Assembly: GCA_043228905.1 (NCBI GenBank)
Contig: JBHGNT010000014.1
Location: 18,848,001 to 18,912,000, forward strand
Origin: Azolla caroliniana
Taxonomy: Eukaryota > Plantae > Polypodiophyta
Length of the DNA: 64,000 bases
Direction of reading: 5' to 3'
Part shown: positions 40,357 to 52,740 of the stretch, in pieces
Layout of the letters: each line of letters starts with the position of its first letter
Position numbering within the stretch: position 1 is the first letter of the stretch
Translations under genes and position numbers: made by a program
The notes under the pieces: generated by a model
What the model saw: the letters and a program-made list of their open reading frames with translations, nothing else
Databases searched by the model: none
Told to the model about the DNA's origin: nothing

Positions 40357-41741
40357 TCTTTCATTTATGATATAACATGAGAGGATAGTGTTATATCTAT
40401 TATAACTACTTGGAGATAAGGAAGGTAAATAGACATTGCCTACATTTATATGGTGCATAAGCTCTCATTAAAAAAGCATAGGGATAGTGGTATTAGGTAG
40501 CACGCACACTTATATCTTGCAATTGTTTACATTATGTATCTCTACATTGCAATCAACATCTGTTTATAGTGCCAGTTGAAGGTAATATCACATGCATCTT
40601 CAAATTTTCATATGCCAATCTCTCAAGAATTCATTTACATTGTACTTTGATTTTATATTGAGTGCCAAAGTTAAATTTCCTTGTGAGATTCACACTAGCT
40701 TGAACTTTGAGAGTTCCTACGAAAGGCACATATGCAAATGGCTTCAATATAAAGAAAGGTGAGGGGTTTGAAAACCAGGAGGTGTGCTATATATAGTATC
40801 TTTGAGCAAAGTGCACATATTGTGTAGAATTGTGGCAACATGTGGCTCTCTATATAAGGAAATGAACATACGAGAGACGGACTATGTGGCAGATTTTTGC
40901 TTTCAATCTTTGAGAAAAGTACATGTATTGCATAGAATCATGGCAACCTTGTGAATTTCTATATGAGATAAACATACAAGAGATTATGGGACAATTGGGT
41001 TGAGTTCACAATCCAGGTGGTACTCGAGCAATATTTGACTCTTCGTTTGGTACGTCTACACAAGAGTGGACATGCTTAAAAGATGTGCATGCTCAATCAA
41101 AGTTTGTTTCAACTATAATGTTCAAAAAGAATTTTATGGAATATGTACACTAGATTACACTTTTATGGTATATGCACATTTTTATCGAGCACTTTTTTTT
41201 TTCTCACCTTCTTATGGCATCTCTTCCCTTTTCTATTTTCTTCTTCTTCATAAACTAAGAGATATCTATCTTGTTTTTATGTTTGCAAATATAAGAATAT
41301 TTGAAGTCTAATTCGCATTTTTCAAGATCACTCGTCATTTTTCACAAATGCAATGTGTCTTACAAAATACAACTCTTCTAATTGTAATATTTGGTTGTGT
41401 ATGTTCATCTTTTTGGATTGTCAATTTATATCCTTTGTTACATTGAACAATTGAACAATCTTTACTACACATATGACAACAATATACATATTCAAAAGTT
41501 GTTATTCAAATGGTGCTAGCATTCTTATTCTAATGATGGAAATTATCACCTACTCTTTCAATATCAAATCACCAAAAGAGGAAATTATAGACCCTATGCA
41601 TAAATCTATAAACATCAACCACCCATGTAAAGCTTAACTGGTTTGGGCCAAACCGGTTAAGCCTTAACCGGTTTAGGGATCAGTTCGGTTTGGTTACGTC
41701 CAAGTTTGAGAACCCCTAAACCAAACCATTGTCGATTCCTA
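37739..41741. mobile_element. hAT-like non-autonomous DNA transposon containing a LINE
   Basis: Imperfect TIRs taggaatcgggcaacgg / ccattgtcgattccta; flanks cttgatgtc (37730-37738) and cttgtgtc (41742-41749), a ~8-bp TSD with one indel; aaaccg/cggttt subterminal repeats at both ends. Confidence 0.75.
38093..40362 (+). mobile_element. 5'-truncated LINE (RT plus CCHC), RTE-X-like, with (TTTC)n tail
   Basis: YCCFVDFRKTFD, GVKQGWPLSPTLF, LYADD, HQLEIENGR..ERICRLC..EDEYHFTCKC; microsatellite tail; approximate TSD ending in tgatataa on both sides. Clade assignment is tentative. Confidence 0.88.
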
Positions 41742-42071
41742 CTTGTGTCCCCGTATCAAACCCATTCCCTTTTCCTATTCTCTCATTCAACCTTGATCTT
41801 CTCTTATCATGGCATATAAAGAGGTGTTAACTCGTCTTTCCCTGAAATCCTTTGCTTCATTCGACCTTTTATCATCCTTCTAATATTGTCTTTGCATCTT
41901 CTTCATTCTTATCTTACCCTAGCAATATGCCACATGAATTATTGCCCCATGTGCAAGGTGTGCATATGTTAGGTTATTGTTAGGCTCCTTCTTGATCTTT
42001 CATGAGGTTTGTACCCTAATCTCCCTTCTCCTCTCATTCTTTGTGTCACCTTTTGTCCTCGAGCTCAAATG

Positions 42072-43548
42072 TGTTGGGAAACATGTCCCTTCGGATGGGA
42101 AGAGGGAAGAGTCGAGTTGATAAGGAACTCAGCCGAGGCCGAAACCGAAATCGTGTAGACAACCATTCGGGAGACTATATCTGTAAATAGTCGAAATAAG
42201 CCTCTTTGGGCTATACTTGTAAATAGTCTGAAAGTTGTACTAGTATATAAGCATCTAGGGCAATCATTATATGTATGATTATCATTTTTCGTGAGATAGT
42301 GAGTACGGGGAAGTTGTCTCGGTAAAAGTGAGAACGTGTGAGAGAGGGAGCGTGTGAGTAAGTGCAACTCCATAGCCATCTGCCGACGAAGAAGAACTCG
42401 AGGTCGTTTCCTCTGAGTTTCTTGTTGTACCCCTCATCATCATAATGATCAGTTTTCGGAGCAAGTGGACTCCACGTGGTTTTTCCCAGTTTGGGTTTCC
42501 ACACTAAAATCTGTGTGTTCTCTGTTTTAGCTATTCTATTCTTTGGTTTTATGTCTGAACATTAGTTATTGGACACGAATATACGTACGGTAGCCGGTTG
42601 TGGTTGGTCACGAGCGCAACAAGTGGTATCAGAGCGATGGAAGACTCGTTCGGTGGCATGTTTAAGCTAACCAACTCCAACTACTCAGGGTGGAAGTCTA
42701 AGATGCAAAACATGCTCGTGTGCAAAGATCTCTGGTTGTCGGTGCAATTCAAAGATAAAAGACCAGATAAGATCGATGCAGCGACTTGGGGAAGTGTTGC
42801 ATCTGAAGACGGTCGCATATATAAGGTGTTTTATAGACATGAGTCTATACAACAACTTCGGGGAAAAAACTGAAGCAGGCATCCTATGGAAGAAGATCGG
42901 CGTCATGTTCAAAAACAAGAACGTCGTGAACCAAGTCTCAATATTTCGAAAAATCATGAGACTTCGATATCAGGATGGCTCCAGCATGGCGGAGCACATC
43001 AATGTCTTCCAAGGACTAATGAACCAAACAACCTCTCTAGAAGTACCTCTGGCCGATGAGGTATTACCATTGTTGTTGTTGGGATTCCTTCCCGACAGTT
43101 GGGAAACGTTGGTCGTCACATTGGGCAACGCGGGACCAGAATGGAAACACCTATCCCTAGAGTAGGTGAAGTCGAGCTTGTTGAATGAAGAAGCTCGCCG
43201 AAAGGACTAAGAGTCCAATACTGACCAAAAGGCCTTAATCACGGAAGGTGACACGATTCGGGGAAGAGGCCGAAATCGAAGTCCCCAGAACCAAGATAAG
43301 TCGGGGACCGGGTTGAAGTCGAGAGGGAGGCCCACGTGCTTCCATTGCAGGAAGTTAGGGCACTTCCAGAAGAATTTCCGACATTTTCGAAAGGAAAAAG
43401 GGGGAGCCGAAGGTGTGTAGTCGAAAAGGATTTTGGAACGCAAGAACACCTTGACGATCGCGACAAGTGAAGAGGAGTTATTGCTCATCAATGAGCAAAA
43501 TGAAGCAAACCTTGTTGGCGATGAATCGGCATGGGTGGTCGATTCGGG
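42072..43548 (+). mobile_element. 3'-truncated Ty1/copia element: 5' LTR 42072-42621, tRNA-Met PBS 42624-42635, gag from 42637, broken at the protease
   Basis: TG...CA LTR; tggtatcagagc PBS; KLTNSNYSGWKSKM, LLGFLPDSWE, CFHCRKLGH knuckle, then WVVDSG and an abrupt end. Confidence 0.9.
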
Positions 43549-45903
43549 ACATTTTAACCAAGAAATCATGGCAGTTGTCTTATGATGATTATGCATTGCA
43601 AAGAACAGTTTATTGACTTGATCTCTCGACTCTGCCCATGTGGACGATATATAATGATAATTAAAATCAGCTGAAATCTTTTGTAATTCCAATATTTATA
43701 TACCTCGAGTATGGTCTTCTCTCTTTCAGATGTTGCAAGGATCTCAATCCCCTACAAAGTCTTCCTATTTTAGCACAAGACTCATAAAATACTTGTTTAG
43801 CTTTACAATGGAAATTTTATTGTGTTTCGCTAATAGCCTTGTGAACACTAGATAATGCATAATCATATAAATAGCCATATTTATTCCAAATATTATGCAC
43901 AATCGGAACACAATCTTGGCTAAGAAACACATGATTCGGAATTCTAAACCTAGAATTTTTATGTTGCCCCTGCAATACTATAACTAAACAAAGTGGTGCA
44001 TGATTAGAAAAGGAAAATGAAGGTAAGATTCCAATTGAACCTCCTTTGTCCCATAAAAACTTATCCGCATAAAATCTATCTAACCTAGACAAATTAGTAT
44101 GGGATTGTCTTCTCTCCGACCGTGAATAAGCTAAGGAATCTTGCATCCTTACAAAAGAAGACACATGCCACAAGTCCATTAAACCTAAAGAAAAGATCAA
44201 ACTTTCCCATTCATATAATTCTAAACCAAATAATGGTTGTGATGTGCCTCCTAACCTATCACACCCATCCTCCAACATATTAAAGTCACCCGCAATTGCC
44301 TAGTCTTCAACATTTGATAATTGTGGCATTATGCTCTTCCATAATGTCGTTCTATCTCTTGCATGATTTGGGGCATAAATATTCAACAAACCCCACTTCT
44401 TTAAACCAATTTGAAGAATTATATAATGACCTCTACCACAAGTCAAAACTCCGTAATGTAAGAAAGAAGACCACCAAATATCGTTTATTGCAATGCAAAG
44501 ACCTGCTTTAAAACTATTATTCCTAGTTGCGGGCATCTAGAATTGTCTCCATTGGCCTGGCAACAAATTTCCATATTTTCAAATCCTTTGTTCATTTAAA
44601 TGATGTTTTTGAATGAGAAGAACATCAATCCTACCTATCAAAGATTTCCTTAACTGACAACGGGAAACACTCCTTACCTTACAACAATGTCTACCTCCTA
44701 AGCCCCTTCCATTCCATGAAATAATATTTAACCTATCCATCATTCATGTTTTGCCCTCCTACTCTCCTTTCAGCTAGTGCACCTTCTCTACCTTTCCTTC
44801 CATCATCTGCGGCCTTTAATTGTCTCTTATTTGACCAAATGTCCTTCCCAAACAACTTATGGGCACACACTGGCAAATGTTTATCTACTGTAAAAACCCT
44901 ATCGGAAGACTTAGCAGTTGCAAAAGCCACTATATTGCCACAATCCATGTCAGCATGTGCTAGGTGTACCTGACCACTTCATTTGTTGTAAACTCGTTCA
45001 CAGCTATGGACCTATTAGCTTGTTGTACTTTATGTAAAACCAATTGTTTGTCCTTGCGTAATTTATTATTAACCTTAGAAAGAGATTCTACCATTTGTAC
45101 CTTGAAAAGTTTGTCGTGTGAATTATGTTCCACCCGATGCTCCGTTGTGCAAATTGGGAGGGAAAAACCGTCATCCCCTTTACTACTCCCCACTTCCTTT
45201 TCCCCTCCTTGCAAAGATTGATAAGGATTAGCTTCAAGTAATAACAATGGATTAACTATCTTACTAGTCAGCTTAAAAACATGTTTAGCAAACACTGTAG
45301 ACCAACCATTTTTAATAACATCTTGTCGAGTAGGTAGATGGACATTGACATTCGAATGTCTCTTCTGACAATCTCGACCTAAATGACCAAACTGTCGATA
45401 CACAAAACATTGATCAAGCAAACCTTGATAATACACCTTTTGTACAACCGGTGGTTTATTTATGGGTAGATTAGGTAAAGAAATAGTTGTTGGCAAACGG
45501 ATAGATCTTGGTGCGATCAGCCGAACTATTGGGACTCCACCTGCTCTATCTGTTCCATAATTGTGTCTATTACGTGTAGCAATAACCTTACCGAACAAAG
45601 CCCCAATACAAGGAAGAACATTCCTCCATTCCTTTGGAAATATCGTCGTAAAAACCATACTAGATTCTTGATCCTGCAATATCTCATCTACCTTAATATT
45701 ATGCAACCATTTATAAAAAGATAACCACGCACCTTCCATATCCGCCTCCTTAATCGCCAATAGCTTTGTGATGGACTCCTCACCTGCAAACTCCACATGG
45801 TAACATCCTCGAGACATGAATTGAATGTCGAGGATGTTATCCACGTCCTCTGAGAAAGCAACATATAAGGTATGGCATAGTTTCGATCTATTCAATCACA
45901 CAC
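43549..45903 (-). mobile_element. L1-clade LINE 5' half (ORF1 C-terminal part plus ORF2 endonuclease), 3'-deleted
   Basis: ORF1 with CCHC-like CFVYRQFGHLGRDC; endonuclease motifs NIISWNGRG, NIYAPN, GDFN, SRLDRFY, SNH; interrupted by the gypsy insertion at TSD cacac. Confidence 0.85.
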
Positions 45904-46344
45904 TGTCAGAACCAAGAGAGAAGGTAAAGTGATAGAAGAAAGATATAAAGAGATCACAAGATTCAGAGGAATGAAATGATAAGAGAAGAATGAATGTATT
46001 AAAGTAGAATAAGAATGGATACAAGATAGGCGATGAGAGCTTAAGACTGGTGTTGATTCGAATTGGTTTTGAGAAGAATTGTATGTCCATATTTATAGGT
46101 TCCTATAGAATAACCTAGTGATTTCTATAATGTTCTAGAATGTTCTAGACCTAGAATATTCTAAGATGTTCTAGGATATTCTAGAATGTTCTAGAACATT
46201 TACAATATCAGTCTATTACAAGAAGTAGCTTTTATTATTTCATATAATCATATGCTATCTTAATGGTTAGGTTCTTGATTATGTATTACAAGGTCTTGGG
46301 TTCAAGCCCAAGTGAAGCCACATAATGTTCACGGATTCATGACA
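45904..46344 (-). repeat. 3' LTR of the chromovirus
   Basis: Direct repeat of 51984-52424 with about 9 substitutions by eye. Confidence 0.95.
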
Positions 46345-49300
46345 CTATCCCTCTTCTTAAAATGACGAGTAGAAGGAGTTGTTAACAATGCAGGGCCGGG
46401 TTTGTTGGGATAACGACGATGAAAGTCGTCAATAAGAGCCTGAGCATTACAAACATTATCGATGGATTCCCATGTGCGATCACTCGAGGTATAGCCTAGC
46501 CAATCAACTAGATAATACAACTTATTGCACACAATCTTTGAATCAAGAATGGAGGCTACCTCATACTCTGGGCCATCAGCAAGTTGGAGAGGAGGTGGTG
46601 GCGGCACGACACGATTGGGAATTGAGCTGGTGTGGTAAGGTTCCAAAAGAGAGCTATGAAAGATTGGATAATCTAGTTTATCACACGGTTGAGTAGTCTT
46701 TATGTGACGGCGTAACAACCATACCCGATCACCAACCTTGAATGGAGACGGAAGACGATGTCGATCTGCATGGGCCTTATGTTGGGCTTGAGCTTTATGA
46801 ATATGTGAAGACAACTCAGACTAAAGGTGTTGTAGTCGGTGGAGGTGTTGCTCTGCACTAGGGTTTGGTGAGATCACTGGAATGTCCAAGTGACACCATC
46901 GAGGATGGTTGCCAGTATGGGCATAGAAAGGTGTGACCTTGGTACAAGAGTGTATGGTGTTATTGTATGCAAACTCTACAAGATGCAATATATGACTCCA
47001 ATCATCTTGTTGATAACTGATGAAACATCGAAGACACTGCTCAAGTGTTAGATTTGTGCGCTCTGTTTGGCCATCAGTTTTGGGATGATATGCTTAAGAG
47101 AGTTTGCAAGAGATTCGAAGCCCATCACATAGGTGCTTCCAAAAGTGAGAGATAAATTGCGGTCCACGATCACTAATTATGTCGTTTGGAAGACCATGAT
47201 GGCGAAATACTTCACGCATAATGATATCTATTGTTTCTTGACTACTGATGCTTTTTACGTAGGGTAGAAAATGTGCCATCTTGGTAAATTGATCCATTAC
47301 GGTTAAAATAGCATCAAAACCTTGTGAAGGTGGCAGGTCTGTAATGAAATCCATAGTAATTGACTGCCATGGCTTGCTCGGAGTCGGCAATGGTTGTAAC
47401 AACCCATAAGGATGATGCCTAGGCATTTTAGCTAGACAACATGTGTCACATGTGCGAACATAATCTTCAACGAATTGTTGTAAATGAGGCCACCAAAATG
47501 ATCGCTTCACTAGCTCCATGGTCTTGGCAATACCAAAGTGTCTGGCCATACGGGCATCATGACAGTGCTCCAACACTCGAAGGCGTGTAGATTCTTGTAG
47601 AAAAGTAAGTTATCTTGCCACTTGAACTCCTTATAGCGTTGAGATGTCCCTGGCAATGTGGAGCAAAATGCATGATTTGGACCAAGGTGGGTGAAGACAT
47701 CCTTAGCAAAATCATCAGAGTTAAGTTGTTGTCGAATAGTATCAAGAAGACTTGAATCCAATGGCGTGGCACAAACCGTGGTTGCTTGTAGCTTTGTTGG
47801 ACCAAGGAGAACTTGCTTTTGATTGTCGAAAGCTAGATCTCTAGGGCAAAGTGCCAAATATGAGCGCCGAGATAGAGCATCTGCTTGCCCTTGTTGGTTC
47901 CCTGGGTGGAAAATGATCTTGAAATCAAAACGAGTTAAAAATTGCACCCACCGAGCTTGTCACCTATTTAGCACTCGCGTTGTCTGAAAATATGTAAGAT
48001 TTTTGTGGTCACTATAAATGATGATTTGATGAGGCTTACCTTCCAGAAAATGTCACCATTGTGCAAAAGAGTTGACCACAGCTAGTAACTCTTTGTCATG
48101 CACCTCGTAGTTGATCTCCGCAACATTAAACTTTCTTGAGTGAAACGCGATTGGATATAAGTGCCTATCTTCACCTGGTTGTGATAGGATGCTCCCTAAT
48201 GCAAAGTCGGATGCATCTGCCTCAATGATAAATGGCTTTTCTGGATCAACATGAGCTAAGATAGGAGCTGATGTGAATGCCTCTTTCAACTGAGTAAAGG
48301 CTTTGTCTGCTTCAGGAGTCCAAACAAATGCTTGATTTTTCTTGGTGAGTTGAGTAAGTGGCAATACAATCTTCGAATAATTCCATATGAATTTGCGGTA
48401 GAAGTTGGCAAATCCAAGGAAAAATTGGACATCGCGAACGGAACTTGGAGTATGCCATTCCAATATTGTTTGAACTTTCGTTGGATCCATGAAGATACCT
48501 TTGGATGAAATGGTATAACCCAAGAACTCAACTTCTTTGCCATATGTAGAAAGATGATAAGAAAGATATCTAGAAAATCTTTGAAAACATCATTTGCCAT
48601 ATGTTGAAACACGGCAGGAGCATTTGTGAGCCCAAAAGGCATAACTGTATACTCGAAATGGCCATATCGAGTGCGAAATGCAGTCTTCCACTCGTCTCCC
48701 GGTCAAATACATACAAGATTATATGCACCCCTTAGATCAATCTTGGTAAAATGCTTTGCCCCACCAATGCACTCTAAAAGACTGGAAATTAAAGGTAGAG
48801 CATACATATTTCTTATTGTCACTTTATTTAATCCCCGATAATCCACGACCAAACAAAGTCAGCCATCCTTTTTCTTCATGAAAAAGATAGGAGCACTAGC
48901 TGGAGACTTTGAATGTCGAATAAATCCACTTGCAAGATTCTCATCAATGTATGCTCGAAGAACCTCAAGCTCCGTTGGTGACAGATTGTAGATTGGACCT
49001 CATGGTGGCTCTTTTCCTGGTTGTAGATCAATGGGACAATCGTATGGCCGATGCTTTGGAAGTACACTAGCTTTGACTTTGTCAAAGACATCAACATATT
49101 CTTGGTACTTTTAAGGAATGTAGACCTCTGACTTCCCTTGAGTGTCACTAGAAGGTGCAGCTGATATGGCAAATAAGAATAAATCTTCTTTTGCTCCTTC
49201 TTGGCATAATTGTTCTAGGGTGATGGTTGAAATTTGATGAAGAGAAACAACATGTTTGGTAGAGGGGGAAGTGGTAACACTATGTTTTTCAAGGGGAGGA

Positions 49301-49499
49301 TCCTGGGTTCGACCGTTGACTATTGTGTTTCCTTTTGAAGGGCACCTAATTTCTCATCGTTTCCAATCATGGCAAACCAAGGACTATTGGATGCTCAGGG
49401 CTACGGATTATGTTAAAGGAGACTACACATCCTAAATCACCTAAGAGTATGTGTATCGGCTCAAAATCCTCGAATATCTTTCCAGAAGCTATGGGACGT

Positions 49500-50498
49500 T
49501 GTCGTGAAGATTTTCGGCAATAGTGTGAAAATCCCATAAAACGTACGAAATCGAGTAAGAATCACATAATACAATAATTGTGAAGATAACATTTTTAATA
49601 TCTAAGTACAAAATGATGGAGGTTTCGAATGTACTTTATTACACGAGAAATGGACAACTAAATGTCAAGATATGAGGGTATAAAGTTTGTGAAAAGAAAA
49701 GAGAAAATTGTGAGATATCCCACATAGGCACGACAAATACGGCTCTCATCATATATAAAGTGGAGCAAAAGATATTATCTTTGTGTCTATGTGTGGAGCA
49801 TAGAGAGTTCAAGGTAACTTGAACTAAGAGTGGAGGTGGGCTAGCTACTCTTAAAGGTTTTTGGCCAACCAAAATCGGACCGGTGATGGAGACGGTGAAC
49901 CGACGGCACCGATATCTGGCGACGGCATCCGGCGACTAGATAAATAAATATATATACATATTTACATATACAAGGAGGGCAAGTACGGATTTGAACCTTG
50001 CACCTCCAAGTTAGGAGCCAATTGGCTTACCATTAAGCCATGCTATTTAGTTGAAATTATATTTCTATCATTGTACTTTTACATGTAAATTCTCATACAT
50101 GAGAGCTAAAATGAGTGCATGCACCACATGTAACACATAAGCGCCAAATGGCAAACATGCAATTTATGCATGTCTTGTACCCTCACATGCATCATATGCA
50201 TGAGAGCATCTATAAAAGAAGGAAGGGGGAGGAGAAAAGACACGATTTTTCTTTATGAAAATTAAGAGGAAGAAATTTGTTATCAAATTGATCGTGTAAC
50301 TTGTTTCTTAAATCTAAAGTTAAAACTTCAATCAATCTCTCTCAATCGTGTGATCTCAACTTCTCTCTTTCCCAATCTATCTTAAGTACTTTCTCACTAA
50401 AGCTTACGCCAAAGCTTGTACCGACTTTGAATCCTTCCGGTCCAGAACCCCGGCGGTTCCGCCTCACGATCCGCGCGTAGTGACGGATCTTCATGACA
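49500..50498 (+). mobile_element. ~1-kb solo-LTR-like insertion in the chromovirus protease
   Basis: Termini tgtcgtgaagat / atcttcatgaca (11/12 inverted match); 4-bp TSD acgt; removing it restores VIDGR-PIASGKI; TATA-like ctataaaa near 50209. Confidence 0.85.
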
Positions 50499-51983
50499 AC
50501 GTCCATCAATCACTACTACGGAAACTGGGCAAGGAAGTTTATGCAAGGCTATTTGATGTTTTCGGGCAAAATCTCTATCCATGAAACAAGAATTGGCTCT
50601 GGTATCTAAGAGAGCTAGGACATGAAGTTGACAACTTGGTGTCCCAACTTGTACTTGGCTTGAGAAAACTCTACTAACATGATTGGAAGAGATGGAACCC
50701 ACACTAGGTTGTACATATCTAGGTCTATCCAACCAAACGGCTCCAATTTTGGCCGGACTTATTCGTTTGACTCCTCTTCTAATTGGCTTAAGACCTCAAA
50801 CTTATTGGATAGAGTTGGATTACTAGAAACACTAGTTGGCACAATTTCAACAATGTTAGACTCATTTCTATTATCAATAATCCTAGACTCATTTCTATTA
50901 TCATAGTTAATGTGATGTACCTGACGTCTCGGTCTGTGTGGACAATGAATGGCAATATGTCCTGGACCACCACAATATAAGCATAGTCGATTTGCTCGAC
51001 GACGTTGTTTCTCTTCATCTGATAAAGGTCCTCGTCGTCGGGTCATATCAATCTCCATCGGTGTTGGGCTACGTGCTTGTCGTGGAGTTGGGACGGGGCT
51101 ATATTGTTGCCTTGGAGATTGTGTTGTCACTGATGCATAAGTTGGCGTAAATCTTGATCTTGTTTGTTGTTGTTGTCGCTCGGACCGACGCTCAAAAAGC
51201 CGATTATCACACCGTATGGCCCGGCTAATAGCTTCTGTAAGGGATTTTGGATCCTCAAGGAAGGTAAGAAGTAAATCTTTTACATCTCCACAGAGGCCCG
51301 AACAAAACTACTCCATTAGAGCTTGTTCGTCCCAAGGAATATCACTTGCAATGAGACGAAAATTGGTTGCATACGTTGATGCTGGTTGATCCCCTTGTCG
51401 TAGTGTGCGAATCTTGTTGATTGTCGTTCTTACACTATCTATGTCTCCGAAGCAAGCCTTAAACTCTTTGATAAATTCTTCAAAGTTGTTGAGTAGGGGC
51501 GAATTTGCTTCTAGCAATGGAGCAAACCATGACAATATCGTGCCAGTCAATAAAGTGCCCACTAACCCAACTCAAGATGAATCCATCGGATAACGCGTGG
51601 GATGCATCTGAATTACCAACCGCACTTGATTTATAAAACCCCGAAAATGTGCTCTCAACCCATCGAATTTAGCTAGGAGGTTGATTTTGGGCTCCTTAAA
51701 AACTCCTTGACTGTTGACTTTTAGTCGTTGTAAAGCTAGTATTGCTGACTCTAGTTGTTGAACCCTTCGTGTAAACTCGTCGTGTATTTGTTGCTTCTCT
51801 ACTGAAACCTTCTATAGGTCTTCAAGCAATCGTTGATTCTCCAACTCTAGTGATGCAAACTTGCTTTTGAGATTCTCCATTTCTGCAACTAGGGCGAGGT
51901 ATTCTTGTGGCTTGCCAACAACCATGGGTACTTACTAGTGTTTGTGGAAGAGGCTAGACGAGAAGAAAAAATTCGAATCAAAC

Positions 51984-52424
51984 TATCAGAACCAAGAGAG
52001 AAGGTAAAGTGATAGAAGAAAGATATAAAGAGATCACAAGATTCAGAGGAACGAAATGATAAGAGAAGAATGAATGTATTAAAGTAGAATAAGAATGGAT
52101 ACAAGATAGGCGATGAGAGCTTAAGTCTAGTGTTGATTCAAATTGGTTTTGAGAAGAATTGTATGTCCATATTTATAGGTTCCTATAGAATAACCTAGTG
52201 ATTTCTATAATGTTCTAGAATGTTCTAGACCTAGAATATTCTAAGATGTTCTAGGATATTCTAGAATGTTCTAGAACATTTACAATATCAGTCTATTACA
52301 AGAAATAGCTTTTATTATTTTATATAATCATATGCTATCTTAATGGTTAGGTTCTTGATTATGTATTACAAGGTCTTGGGTTCAAGCCTAAGTGAAGCTA
52401 CATAATGTTCACGGATTCATGACA
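51984..52424 (-). repeat. 5' LTR of the chromovirus
   Basis: Direct repeat of 45904-46344, adjacent to the PBS and gag. Confidence 0.95.
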
Positions 52425-52740
52425 CACACCCTGTAGCTGCACTACCAAGGAAACAACCTCTAAGCATTGTACCTCACCCAAAACTGTAATTTTATCCTCC
52501 TCTGACAACACAAGGTCGACTTGCTCATCACATAGATGAGGCGAAAGTTGGGGGGTGCACCGGACTCCCTTGCACGCATATACAATCCAACCACAGATGA
52601 AGTATGTGGCCGATCCGCAGTCGACCTCCTTGTCATGGTGGAACCAGCTCGCACTGTGACCTCGTAGTTTGTGCCACCTGCGACCTGTCGTTTCCTGTTT
52701 GTTGCATCGCACTCACAGTCATGAACCAACTGTGGGGTTT
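52425..52740 (-). mobile_element. 5' end (ORF1 start) of the LINE split by the chromovirus
   Basis: Continues the ORF1-like sequence across TSD cacac. Outer boundary is approximate. Confidence 0.65.

Larger units (their letters stand above)
45904..52424 (-). mobile_element. Full-length decayed Ty3/gypsy chromovirus (Tcn1/Tf1-like)
   Basis: Two 441-bp LTRs, 5-bp TSD cacac (45899-45903, 52425-52429), PPT at 46345-46358. Domains: gag CLYCGGPGHIAIHC, protease [19 protein letters not shown] (catalytic DD segment deleted), RNase H EADASDFALG, integrase HHCC and SDRGPQF, chromodomain YEV..ILD..YLVDWLGY..TWE. Confidence 0.96.

Noticed and set aside
49974-50044. Functional tRNA gene
   Set aside because: The acceptor and anticodon stems pair poorly; kept only as a tRNA-derived module.
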